32,000 nucleotides of DNA, taken from the NCBI GenBank assembly GCA_030606485.1, contig JAUWGH010000003.1, positions 390,001-422,000 of the forward strand, in the 5' to 3' direction. Made by a program: the position numbers and the translations under genes. This document shows, piece after piece, positions 1 to 8,840 of the stretch; the stretch's first letter is position 1, and every line of letters starts with the position of its first letter. The notes below the pieces were generated by a model. The model was given only the letters and a program-made list of their open reading frames with translations. It was not told the DNA's origin and did not search any database. The DNA is from Promethearchaeota archaeon. Its GTDB lineage: Archaea; Asgardarchaeota; Lokiarchaeia; Sigyniarchaeales; SOKP01.

Positions 1-1
1 T

Positions 2-376
2 TTCAGATTTTTCTCTCACGTCAATCTTCTCTGGTTCGACAAACAGAATTTCCACTTTTTTAAAATCAAAAAACTTTAAAATGCAGAGAAGGTCGTTATT
101 TTTTGAGAATAATTTTCTTTTTATTAAAGTCCCTCTACCTTTATTTCCTATACTTTCTTTAAATAAATCTTCAGCACTCAATAAATTACTAGCAGTAGTA
201 AAACTCTTTCCCGAGATTACTTTATTCAGTTGATTTATTACCAACTTGAGTTCATTGACTTCCTCAGTAAGTTTTTGGATTAGTTCTTTTTTATCAAGAT
301 ATTGTTTATTAAGTGTTCTGTGAATATTTACTAATTTTTCAATTTCGTTTTTACCATCTTCTTCCTTGAAATTCAT
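2..376 (-). CDS. Hypothetical protein with N-terminal coiled coil (partial, runs off the window start)
   Basis: Read by hand: ATG at 376, open to position 2 (MNFKEEDGKNEIEKLVNIHRTLNKQYLDKKELIQKLTEEVNELKLVINQLNK...). Divergent from the gene at 450. Not in the ORF track because it is truncated. Confidence 0.7.
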   Translation of the reverse strand, partial: MNFKEEDGKNEIEKLVNIHRTLNKQYLDKKELIQKLTEEVNELKLVINQLNKVISGKSFTTASNLLSAEDLFKESIGNKGRGTLIKRKLFSKNNDLLCILKFFDFKKVEILFVEPEKIDVREKSE

Positions 377-449
377 ATATTTAATTTAAAGTGTTTCTAC
401 TATATTAAATTATTATACTGATTAAATTAAGTGATAAAAGGTAATTAGA

Positions 450-1343
450 ATGAAGACTGCGATTATAACTCCAAATCCATCTGATATGGAGGTTAAAATT
501 ATTACCAAGGAATTTCAAAAGAAAGGATTCGATGTTAAAACAATAATTCCCGGGGAAATAAATGTTTCTGTTGGTTTAAATGTTGAGAATGAACCAAATT
601 CAGAAAAATTTCTATGCAATATTTTTGAAGATATAGAACCAAGAGGAGCCTTAGTAAGAGGTTTTGGGATGAATGTTACACAGAAAATATTTTTCCGATT
701 AGATGTTTTAAGAATTCTAGAAAATATGGATATAAAATTAATAAATTCCCGAGAATCTTTAGAACTTGCCACAGATAAACTATTAACCTCCTTTTTATTT
801 GAAAAGGCAAATATTCCAACGTTAAAAACAATAATATGTGAAAATCCCAATGATGCATTAGAAGCTTTTGAAATATTAGGAGAAGATATTGTTTTGAAAC
901 CTATTTTTGGCTCGAAGGGTATTGGACTCACTAGAATAAATGATAGAGGTTTTGCAGAGAATGTCATTTATAAATTATCACGATTAAATGAGATTTTTTA
1001 TCTCCAAGAATATGTTCGACACAATAACCGAGATATTAGAATTCTAGTTTTAGGGGATGATGCAGTTGCAGGAATGTATCGTATTAGCGATAGTTGGAAA
1101 ACAAATATATATACTGGAGCAAAACCAAAATCAATAGAATTAAATAACGAATTGAAAGAATTAGCAGTTAAGGCAGCTCAAGCAACTAAAACTGAGATCG
1201 CAGGGATTGATATCTTAGAGACAGATAAAGGATTAAAAGTGATAGAGGTAAATTCGATACCAGGATTCACTGCACTTCAAAAAGTTACAGAAATAAATTT
1301 AGCTGAAAAAATAGTTGAATACTATCTAAATCAGATAAAATGA
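450..1343 (+). CDS. RimK-family ATP-grasp alpha-L-glutamate ligase, MptN (tetrahydromethanopterin glutamate ligase)-like
   Basis: ATP-grasp motifs ATDKLLT, VLKPIFGSKGIG, YLQEYV, DIRILV, WKTNIYTG, GIDIL, EVNSIPG. FFRLDVL resembles MptN more than RimK or CofF, from memory; substrate not certain. Confidence 0.85.
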   Translation: MKTAIITPNPSDMEVKIITKEFQKKGFDVKTIIPGEINVSVGLNVENEPNSEKFLCNIFEDIEPRGALVRGFGMNVTQKIFFRLDVLRILENMDIKLINSRESLELATDKLLTSFLFEKANIPTLKTIICENPNDALEAFEILGEDIVLKPIFGSKGIGLTRINDRGFAENVIYKLSRLNEIFYLQEYVRHNNRDIRILVLGDDAVAGMYRISDSWKTNIYTGAKPKSIELNNELKELAVKAAQATKTEIAGIDILETDKGLKVIEVNSIPGFTALQKVTEINLAEKIVEYYLNQIK

Positions 1344-1344
1344 G

Positions 1345-1360
1345 AAAAAAAGAAAAAAAA
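1345..1360 (-). terminator. Poly-T terminator candidate between convergent genes
   Basis: A7-G-A8 on + strand (T-rich on -) just past the stop of the 1372..1698 gene. Confidence 0.4.
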
Positions 1361-1371
1361 TCTTTATTAAT

Positions 1372-1698
1372 TTATAAGACATCAATAAGTGCAACAAGCC
1401 CACCGATAATAACAATAATACCAGCCACTAAACCCCCTGTTAAACTTGGTAAACCCGCAAAGATGGCTATTAATATGCCAAATATAATAAATAGCAGCCA
1501 GTGATAAGGGATCGGATCATCCGGTTTTAAGACTTGAATTAATACAACTACTGAAAATACTAGTCCAAGAAAACCATATAATATACTTTCAAGGTCAAGA
1601 TTAACTATTTTCAATATTGCAAAGACTACTCCAACAAGAGCCCCAATTACGCAAATAAAGCTTATCAGTTTTGAATTTTTATAATCTTTTTTAGCCAT
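1372..1698 (-). CDS. Small integral membrane protein (about 4 TM helices), function unknown
   Basis: 108 aa, four hydrophobic Gly/Ile/Val-rich stretches separated by short polar loops. Confidence 0.75.
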   Translation of the reverse strand: MAKKDYKNSKLISFICVIGALVGVVFAILKIVNLDLESILYGFLGLVFSVVVLIQVLKPDDPIPYHWLLFIIFGILIAIFAGLPSLTGGLVAGIIVIIGGLVALIDVL

Positions 1699-1782
1699 AT
1701 AAATCCATTTTATTCAATTTTTTATTGCATGTATTTTATAAAAAGAAAAAACTTTTTCTAATAAAGTTTAAGAAAATGAAAT

Positions 1783-2397
1783 TCAAATTTTTTTGGATAA
1801 TAAATTATAATTAAATTCATTTTTTAAGATTAAAAACAATTTATGCATAGGAATTCCTATTACATTAGAGGGGGAACCTTCTATTTTATCAATAAATAAC
1901 GATGCCTTATTTCGTATAGAATATGCTCCAGCTCTTTCCTTCCATTCACCGGTTTTAATATATGCTTTAATCTCATCTATAGATAAATCTAAAAATCTAA
2001 CAATTGTAATATCGCAATCTGAAATTATTTTATCATTAAATGTTCTTGTTATAGCAATTGCTGAGATGAGTTTATGGGAATTATTTTTTAATTTTTTAAG
2101 AATTTTTAGTGCGTGGTTTTCATCTACAGCTTTACCGATTATATTCCCTTCAAATTCTACAAGCGTATCAGCAGCGATTATTATTGCATCAATTTCATTT
2201 AATTCCATTTTTTTCTTAACATCTAATGCTTTCCCTTTAGCCAATTCTTTTGCTAATTCAATTGGGGTCAATTCTTTACTTTTTAATTCATCTTCGCTGA
2301 AATCGCTTATGATGATTTCAAAATCAAGTTGAGCTCTCTCAAAACTTTTTGCTCTATCTCTCGAACCAGAGGCAAGAATTATTTTTAGATTTTCCAT
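1783..2397 (-). CDS. maf: Maf-family nucleoside triphosphate pyrophosphatase
   Basis: ILASGS..R N-terminal motif, IAADTLV (catalytic Asp), IGK, AGAYSI, IEGSPSNVIGIP. Confidence 0.92.
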   Translation of the reverse strand: MENLKIILASGSRDRAKSFERAQLDFEIIISDFSEDELKSKELTPIELAKELAKGKALDVKKKMELNEIDAIIIAADTLVEFEGNIIGKAVDENHALKILKKLKNNSHKLISAIAITRTFNDKIISDCDITIVRFLDLSIDEIKAYIKTGEWKERAGAYSIRNKASLFIDKIEGSPSNVIGIPMHKLFLILKNEFNYNLLSKKI

Positions 2398-2483
2398 TTT
2401 AAATCATTTTCTTATTAATTCCTATTACTTGCATTGAAAAAAATATGCTAGAACGAGGATAATTCTTAAGATTACGATCAAAT

Positions 2484-3521
2484 CTAGATCAAAACAAAAA
2501 TTATCCACATGCCTAATCCTATCAAAATTGGATTAAGAATATTATCACTTATATATTTTGAAAAAATATCGATTATTAAAAATAAAAATGCTGCCACAGT
2601 AGCCATAATAAGAATCGTTCCTAAACTTACAGGCATAAAAGAGTGATAAATAATAGTTATTAAAACCACAATCAAAAAAGTTGAGGTAAATCCTGCAATA
2701 TATCCTTCAATAGTTTTATTAGATTGCTCGAAAATCTTATGTTTGCCGTATTTTTTTCCAATTAATGAAGCAGTAGCATCTGATACAGTAGTTATTAGTG
2801 CAACACTTGCAAAAATTGGAAAGGGTGCAAATATAAATGGCACAAAGCAGAGAACTAACGGTGTTGATGATACATATGTTTCCAATTCATCAGCTATCAT
2901 AGATTTCCTATACCACCGTACTGCCCAATTAGGCAATAAATAAGTTTTATTTAATTTTAAAATGTCAGCGATGGCAACCATCAAAACAAAACCAAATCCA
3001 ATTGTAACAATAATCCAATAGCAAAATGAATAAACATCAATATTCCATTGAGTTAATACCCCAAATATATCAATAATGTTCCCAATTGTCCAAATCATAA
3101 ATATGACTCCAATAGGTATTATATGAATTATTTTTCTTTCAATGTCTTTTCGAAAATCATAATTCCAATTTTGGGTAAAAAATTTTTTAAAATTCTCATA
3201 ATCTCTTTCAATTTTTAAAGAAGGATTTTTCTTGCATACCAAAAATTCATGAGAAATAACTAAAGTCCATACAATTTCTTCTATTAAAATGAAAATTGAA
3301 GAGGTTAACCATAGAAAGTTCAGTATATTTGGATCTAAAGTCGGGTTGTGAGATTGGTACATAAAAGGAAAAAGAAGCCCAGCTACAAAAAATAATGTTG
3401 CAACAATTAATTCATTTGTAAAAATTTTCTTTTTTCTTTTCTGTTTATGATTTTTGAGAGTATATATCAATAATACGATAGCGTGCCCAATAAATATTAA
3501 AGTAATAGGCAAATAAAACAT
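2484..3521 (-). CDS. CTP-dependent lipid kinase, SEC59/DGK1/VTE5 (dolichol/diacylglycerol/phytol kinase) family
   Basis: Multi-TM protein with RKIIH, SDATASLIGKKYGK, NKTIEGYIAG and SDNILNP motifs. Confidence 0.8.
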   Translation of the reverse strand: MFYLPITLIFIGHAIVLLIYTLKNHKQKRKKKIFTNELIVATLFFVAGLLFPFMYQSHNPTLDPNILNFLWLTSSIFILIEEIVWTLVISHEFLVCKKNPSLKIERDYENFKKFFTQNWNYDFRKDIERKIIHIIPIGVIFMIWTIGNIIDIFGVLTQWNIDVYSFCYWIIVTIGFGFVLMVAIADILKLNKTYLLPNWAVRWYRKSMIADELETYVSSTPLVLCFVPFIFAPFPIFASVALITTVSDATASLIGKKYGKHKIFEQSNKTIEGYIAGFTSTFLIVVLITIIYHSFMPVSLGTILIMATVAAFLFLIIDIFSKYISDNILNPILIGLGMWIIFVLI

Positions 3522-3625
3522 AATTTTATATTATTTTCTTATCTTAAAAAGATGATTTGAAAGATATCTTTATAGAAAAATGAAAAAATTGAATTTTAAA
3601 TGGAAATAATTACGTTTGGATTATT

Positions 3626-4735
3626 TTAATATAGAAATTGATAATAAATCAAACCAGAAAATCTTAGAAATAAAAATAATAGAGTTGAACAAATGGGAAT
3701 TAAGAGATTGTCAGAAGCATTCAGTGGTTTTTTTATAACAATATCAATTATTAAAAATAAAATGGCAAATAAAAATGCCCAAATAAAGCCAAGAAAAAAG
3801 TAACTCAAGAAGAAACTAACTATTGTTGAACTAATAGTGCCTTCCCAACATTTATTCTTATTCCATTTAATTGGGTAATGTTTTGTTCTCATTCCAACTT
3901 GACTTGCAACTAAATCTCCAATTGAACTCATAGAAATAATTGCAAAAAATGGTAAGGGGGGCAAAAATGTTGCCGCGAATAAATGTCCAATAAAAAAATA
4001 TAAAAAAGTTCCATAGGATTCCTTCTCTTCTTCTTTTAATAAACGCACGGAAATAAAATTAAGTGGAAATGAGAAATTTTTAGACTTTCTGGTAAACTCC
4101 ATAAATAGAGTAATTAGTGCAAAACAATAGAGAACCATAATTAAGAAAAAATAAAACCAACCTAAAGTATACAAATAGAAATGGATATTATTTACATCAG
4201 AATAAATAGACGAGAAGAGAAATAATAGATCAGATTCCATGGGAAACATTCCATACAAATTTCCGGTATGTGAGTAGACTACTGAGCAGCCAATACTCCA
4301 AATTATAAAAAACGAGATAAATACAATAATATGTGGCAATTTCCGAATTATATCTCTATTCACAGGTTTCCATTCCTTAATATTTAATTTTCTTCTTTTT
4401 TTTCTAATTACATTTTCTTTTTTAATATTCCTTCTAGGTTTTTTCTTTAAAATGTAATAAATTTTAATGATAATTGAGAATACAATAACCACGCTTAATA
4501 TGATTGGAAGTGGTGTAAAAAATAGTGAAGGCAGAAAAAATCGCTCCCAAAATGCACCATTATACATTAAAATCATTAAAATTGAGTAATGAAAAAAGAG
4601 AATAAACAAAATTGAGAAACCTAAAAAGGTATCTAACGGATATTTTTTACTTGAATGATGTAGATACAAAAAAAGAATTAATAAATAACATATAATGGTT
4701 AATATATAAATTAAAAAAAAGTCAGTATCTAGCAT
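3626..4735 (-). CDS. CTP-dependent lipid kinase, SEC59/DGK1/VTE5 family (second paralogue)
   Basis: Multi-TM protein with RKLPH, IGDLVASQVG, NKCWEGT and SDNLLIP motifs. Confidence 0.8.
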   Translation of the reverse strand: MLDTDFFLIYILTIICYLLILFLYLHHSSKKYPLDTFLGFSILFILFFHYSILMILMYNGAFWERFFLPSLFFTPLPIILSVVIVFSIIIKIYYILKKKPRRNIKKENVIRKKRRKLNIKEWKPVNRDIIRKLPHIIVFISFFIIWSIGCSVVYSHTGNLYGMFPMESDLLFLFSSIYSDVNNIHFYLYTLGWFYFFLIMVLYCFALITLFMEFTRKSKNFSFPLNFISVRLLKEEEKESYGTFLYFFIGHLFAATFLPPLPFFAIISMSSIGDLVASQVGMRTKHYPIKWNKNKCWEGTISSTIVSFFLSYFFLGFIWAFLFAILFLIIDIVIKKPLNASDNLLIPICSTLLFLFLRFSGLIYYQFLY

Positions 4736-4800
4736 TTTTTAAAAATTGGGTATTTCTTACTTTTAACTTAATCTATAATATACTCTAATGACAAAAGAAT

Positions 4801-5859
4801 TTAAGGAATTACGATAATTTTTAAACCTTTCTTTTCTTTCATAATTTTCATTCCTTCTGAGAGTAAATTTTCCAGAGGAATTTTGTGAGAAATGAGTTTA
4901 TCAGTATCGATTGTATTATTACTAATTAAACTTATAGCATCTAAGTAATCCACACCGCTAGATATATATGAACCGAGAATTGATCTCTGCCAGCGAACAA
5001 TATCATTAGGTTTAATTGTCCCCACCGCTCTTGAATCTTGCCCAAATAAAATTAACCTTCCTCTACTAGCCCATATCTTTTGAGCGATTTTAAAAGTCGA
5101 GGATTTACCTACAGCATCAATAACTACATCTGCCCCATGGTTATTTGTTAATTTTTTTATTTCTTTCTCGACATCATCGGTCTCTGGATTGATTACATAA
5201 TTTGCACCTAATTCAAGAGCTTTTTTTCTTCTAAATTCCATTGGCTCAACAACAAATAATTGATTTATTGGATGTTTTCGAATTACTGACTCAATAATTA
5301 AGCCCATAGGTCCTGCTCCAAGAATTACAATATTATCACATTCTTTCACATCCGCTATATTATGACAATGTACAGCACAAGAAAGAGGTTCTATTAGTGC
5401 TGCTTTTGTTAAATCTATATCTATTGGGAGTTGATAAAGTGCTCTACGTGGAACAACACAATATTTTGTAAATCCTCCATTTTGAAAAATCCCAAATGTT
5501 TGACCAGTTGCGAGAAATTCACACTGATTATCATACCCTCGCCTACAAGCCGGGCAAATCCCGCATTTTAAATTTGGATCAATAACAACTTTATCGCCTT
5601 TTCTTAAATCTTTAACATCTTCCCCTATATTCTCTACAATCCCACAAAATTCATGTCCCAAAATAACATTGTCATTGGCCGGATGGGCTCCTTCCATGAT
5701 TTTTAAATCAGTTCCGCAAATCCCACAAGCTTTTATTTCAATTAAAACATCATCACTTTGTTTTATTTCTGGAATATCTACTTGCTCTAAGATGATTTCT
5801 CCTCCATTTTCACCTTTTTTATGAAAGACTGCAGCTAACATTTTACCCATATAAATCAA
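4801..5859 (-). CDS. Zn-dependent medium-chain dehydrogenase (polyol/threonine dehydrogenase-like)
   Basis: CGICGTD and GHEFCG catalytic-Zn motifs, CGICPACRRGYDNQC structural-Zn motif, EPLSC, GAGPMG Rossmann motif. The track start is TTG at 5859; ATG at 5850 is an alternative. Confidence 0.92.
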   Translation of the reverse strand: MIYMGKMLAAVFHKKGENGGEIILEQVDIPEIKQSDDVLIEIKACGICGTDLKIMEGAHPANDNVILGHEFCGIVENIGEDVKDLRKGDKVVIDPNLKCGICPACRRGYDNQCEFLATGQTFGIFQNGGFTKYCVVPRRALYQLPIDIDLTKAALIEPLSCAVHCHNIADVKECDNIVILGAGPMGLIIESVIRKHPINQLFVVEPMEFRRKKALELGANYVINPETDDVEKEIKKLTNNHGADVVIDAVGKSSTFKIAQKIWASRGRLILFGQDSRAVGTIKPNDIVRWQRSILGSYISSGVDYLDAISLISNNTIDTDKLISHKIPLENLLSEGMKIMKEKKGLKIIVIP

Positions 5860-5925
5860 CTTTAAATTATTTTAATAAATATTATTCAATTTGATGAATT
5901 CTAAATAATTAATCAAAAATAGTTA

Positions 5926-5936
5926 TTACAGTAAGA
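5926..5936 (+). promoter_or_regulatory. Candidate operator TTACAGTAAGA upstream of iolM
   Basis: Palindromic core TTAC-A-GTAA ending 15 nt before the iolM ATG. The identical 11-mer lies on the sense strand upstream of iolN. Confidence 0.4.
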
Positions 5937-5950
5937 AATATATTTTTATT

Positions 5951-7144
5951 ATGGTTAAAATGAAAACAGTTACATTATTTGCAAGATGGGATCCCAAGGA
6001 AGAATTTAAATTGGGATCAAAAGATATTGATGGTAAATTAACTTATTTAGGTTCTCAAGTCTGGCGGAATCCTGAAGTGAAAGTTATCGATAAAGAAAAA
6101 CCGAAAATTAAACCAAATGAAGTCCTGATAAAAGTTAAACGATGTGGTATATGTGGTTCTGATGTTCATATGGCTCAAAAAGATGAAGATGGATATATTT
6201 ATTATCCCGGATTAACAGCTTTTCCATGTACGTTGGGTCATGAATTTTCAGGAGAAATAGTCGAGATTGGAGAGCAAGCAATATCTAAAAGAACTGGAAA
6301 AAAATTTGCTGTTGGAGAACCTGTTACTGTAGAGGAGATGGTATGGTGTGGTGAGTGTAAGCCGTGTTGTGATGGTTATCCAAATCACTGTGAAAGATTG
6401 CAGGAAATTGGATTTTCTATTGATGGAGCATATGCAGAATATATTGCCGTGCCCGCTAAGCTATGTTGGAGTTTGAAAAAATTAGAAGGCAAATATGATG
6501 ATATTTATAAACTAGGTAGTTTGACCGAGCCTACATCGGTTGCTTATAATGCCGTTATAGAAAGAGGAGGGGGAATTCGACCTGGAGAAAACGTGGTTAT
6601 TTTAGGAGCGGGGCCAATTGGAATTGCTGCTGCAAAAATCTTAAAAACTGCGGGAGCAGCAGGTTGTATTGTCTCAGAACCTGAAGAAAGTAGAGCAAAG
6701 TTAGCAAAAAGGATGGGTGCAGACTATATTATTAATCCTTCGAAAGAAAACTTTGTAGAGCGCGTAAAAGAATTAACAGATGGAGAGGGAGCCAAATTAT
6801 ATCTCGAAGCTACAGGTCTTCCACATATTGTAACAGATGATATTCAAAACGCTATTTGGGAATGCAAGGGGGTTAATAGCACGGTTGTAATTGTTGCACG
6901 AGCTGAACAAAGAATGCCTGTTCGTGGAGAATATTTTCAAGTTAAAAGAGCAAGAATAATTGGAAGTCAAGGACACAGTGGGCATAGTACATTTCCAAAT
7001 GTAATAAATTTAATGGCTTCTGGACTATGCGATATGTCTCCAATGATAACCAAAGAAATCTCTCTTAATCAAGTACCAGAAAATTTGAAATTATTGCAAA
7101 CTGATAAAGAGAATTGTAAAATATCAGTAAATATAGACAATTGA
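5951..7144 (+). CDS. iolM: scyllo-inosose 3-dehydrogenase (Zn-MDR family)
   Basis: Distinctive N-terminus ARWDPKEEFKLGSKDIDGKLTYLGSQVWRNP, plus CGSDVHMAQKDEDGYIYYPGLT, EPTSVAYNAVIERGGGIRPG and GSQGHSGHSTFP, all closely matching Thermotoga maritima IolM as recalled. Confidence 0.9.
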   Translation: MVKMKTVTLFARWDPKEEFKLGSKDIDGKLTYLGSQVWRNPEVKVIDKEKPKIKPNEVLIKVKRCGICGSDVHMAQKDEDGYIYYPGLTAFPCTLGHEFSGEIVEIGEQAISKRTGKKFAVGEPVTVEEMVWCGECKPCCDGYPNHCERLQEIGFSIDGAYAEYIAVPAKLCWSLKKLEGKYDDIYKLGSLTEPTSVAYNAVIERGGGIRPGENVVILGAGPIGIAAAKILKTAGAAGCIVSEPEESRAKLAKRMGADYIINPSKENFVERVKELTDGEGAKLYLEATGLPHIVTDDIQNAIWECKGVNSTVVIVARAEQRMPVRGEYFQVKRARIIGSQGHSGHSTFPNVINLMASGLCDMSPMITKEISLNQVPENLKLLQTDKENCKISVNIDN

Positions 7145-7148
7145 TTTA

Positions 7149-7484
7149 TTAAATATTTCTTATTTTATCAATTAATTCCTTACTTTTACTACCAAAAACA
7201 CGTATATAAGTATCTTTTTCTTGTTCCACATCAAATTTAGAAGTAATACCTCTTTTTTTTATTTCTTCAAGAAGATCCCATAGTGAGGCACCCGAAATAT
7301 TTGCTGCTCGCTCTAATGTATCTCCTTTTTGATATAAATTAATAGCAACTTCTATTTTTTGCTGCTCAATCCCAGTATTAATTATTTTTCTAACAATTGT
7401 CGCTCTATCTACCCCGAGTAAATCAGCTAAATGATCGAGTTCATCAATTATCTCCTTCTTCATTCTTACTGAAAGATTAATCAT
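7149..7484 (-). CDS. UPF0175-family protein with N-terminal ribbon-helix-helix (antitoxin/regulator-like)
   Basis: LSVRMKKEIIDELDHLADLLGVDRATIVRKII (RHH), then AINLYQKGDTLERAANISGASLWDLLEEIKKRGI (UPF0175 HTH). Confidence 0.8.
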   Translation of the reverse strand: MINLSVRMKKEIIDELDHLADLLGVDRATIVRKIINTGIEQQKIEVAINLYQKGDTLERAANISGASLWDLLEEIKKRGITSKFDVEQEKDTYIRVFGSKSKELIDKIRNI

Positions 7485-7567
7485 TTTCTATTTTAACATA
7501 TCTTTTATTTTCTTAATAAAATAATTTTATTTTCTTTAATTAATTTAATTATAAAAATTCTTAACTG

Positions 7568-7580
7568 AAAGAAAAAAAAA
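7568..7580 (-). terminator. Poly-T terminator candidate after iolN
   Basis: AAAG-A9 on + strand, about 17 nt past the iolN stop. Confidence 0.4.
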
Positions 7581-7596
7581 GAATAATATAATTAAA

Positions 7597-8577
7597 TTAA
7601 GGTGGATATCGTAGTTCATAGATACTCTTTCCGCCGTTTAATGGTCCTTTTATGTATTCCATTACTTCTTTAGGATCTCTTTGTGTTATACCTTCTATTG
7701 GAGGTAATTTTCCAGGAGGAAAAGTTTTCAATATATCATTTACTAATTTCTCAAGGTAATCTAAAAGCGCTTCAATTCCTGGTTTTCCTTTCTCAAATGT
7801 TCCTTTACTGGGCCAACCAACATTTCCCTCGGGATAAGCAGACACCTCAATTGGACCAAAACCAACCTGACCATACCATTTTATCGGTTTCTGATAAATA
7901 TTACCTGCTTTATCAACATGTCCTTCAGGCATCCATCCAACCGGTTTATTATCAGTTGCATTTTCTAATTTTATCATCTCAGGAAATAAAACCATGGAAA
8001 ATGATGTTTCAGCCTCATCTGCATGAATAAAAGGTGTATCAAATGGTCCGCCGTGTTCTTTATCCATACAATGCTCTGGAATTGCGTGATACCAATTTAC
8101 ATTACAAATAACTGCTGGCAATTGATAATTTTTTGCCCATTCATGAATCGCAGAAGGAATTACATATTCTTGCCCATGTCCATTTAACAAAATCTGTTTT
8201 CTAAAACCCAAGTTCCATAATCCAGCGATTACTGCTCGAATCATCCCCTTAAAATGTACTTCTGGCACAATGATACTACCAGGCATTCCTACATGATGAT
8301 AAGGATGGCTTCCATACCATATTGGTTCAGCTACCGTGCATCCAGTTTTTTCCGCAATCAATTCCGCCATTCGGGTCACAAGAAATGTATCTTCACCAAT
8401 ACATGCAGCGCCTCCATGATTTTCTGTTGATCCAAGAGGTACGATTATAACATCGTTGTTCTTTAATCGTTTCTGAATCTCAGTTATACTCATCGTTTGT
8501 AAATAGATTCCATCGGGTTTATCCATTAAACCTCCTTTTGGAGGTAAATCCCATTTGCTCATATATTTCACATCCAA
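7597..8577 (-). CDS. iolN: 3-dehydro-scyllo-inosose hydrolase (creatininase family)
   Basis: GSTENHG, GEDTFLVTRMAE, EPIWYGSHPYHHVGMPG, KQILLNGHGQE, TPFIHADEAETS and EGHVDKAGN match Thermotoga IolN as recalled. Confidence 0.9.
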   Translation of the reverse strand: MDVKYMSKWDLPPKGGLMDKPDGIYLQTMSITEIQKRLKNNDVIIVPLGSTENHGGAACIGEDTFLVTRMAELIAEKTGCTVAEPIWYGSHPYHHVGMPGSIIVPEVHFKGMIRAVIAGLWNLGFRKQILLNGHGQEYVIPSAIHEWAKNYQLPAVICNVNWYHAIPEHCMDKEHGGPFDTPFIHADEAETSFSMVLFPEMIKLENATDNKPVGWMPEGHVDKAGNIYQKPIKWYGQVGFGPIEVSAYPEGNVGWPSKGTFEKGKPGIEALLDYLEKLVNDILKTFPPGKLPPIEGITQRDPKEVMEYIKGPLNGGKSIYELRYPP

Positions 8578-8662
8578 AATATAATTTTGTTTGATTATAA
8601 AAATGTTTTATAAATGATAAATTTTGTTAGGAAGTTAAAGTAAAGAAATCTCATTTTTTATA

Positions 8663-8673
8663 TCTTACTGTAA
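8663..8673 (-). promoter_or_regulatory. Candidate operator TTACAGTAAGA upstream of iolN
   Basis: + strand TCTTACTGTAA. On the iolN sense strand it abuts a TATAAAAA element. Confidence 0.4.
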
Positions 8674-8840
8674 GCAATAAGAACAAAAAAGTAAATTTAA
8701 TACAAATAGGATTATATTGTTTGAAAAATCTTATCCTATAGAATAGTAAAAAATTATAAATAGAAATAATCAATTATTAATCATTCTTAAAAGTTAATAT
8801 AAGAATTTCAAGGGAGAAAATTAAAAATTATTGATGGTGT

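Noticed and set aside
8595-8613. Inverted repeat TTATAAAA-ATG-TTTTATAA upstream of iolN
   Set aside because: Almost all A/T, best explained by TATA-like elements, and not repeated at other iol promoters.
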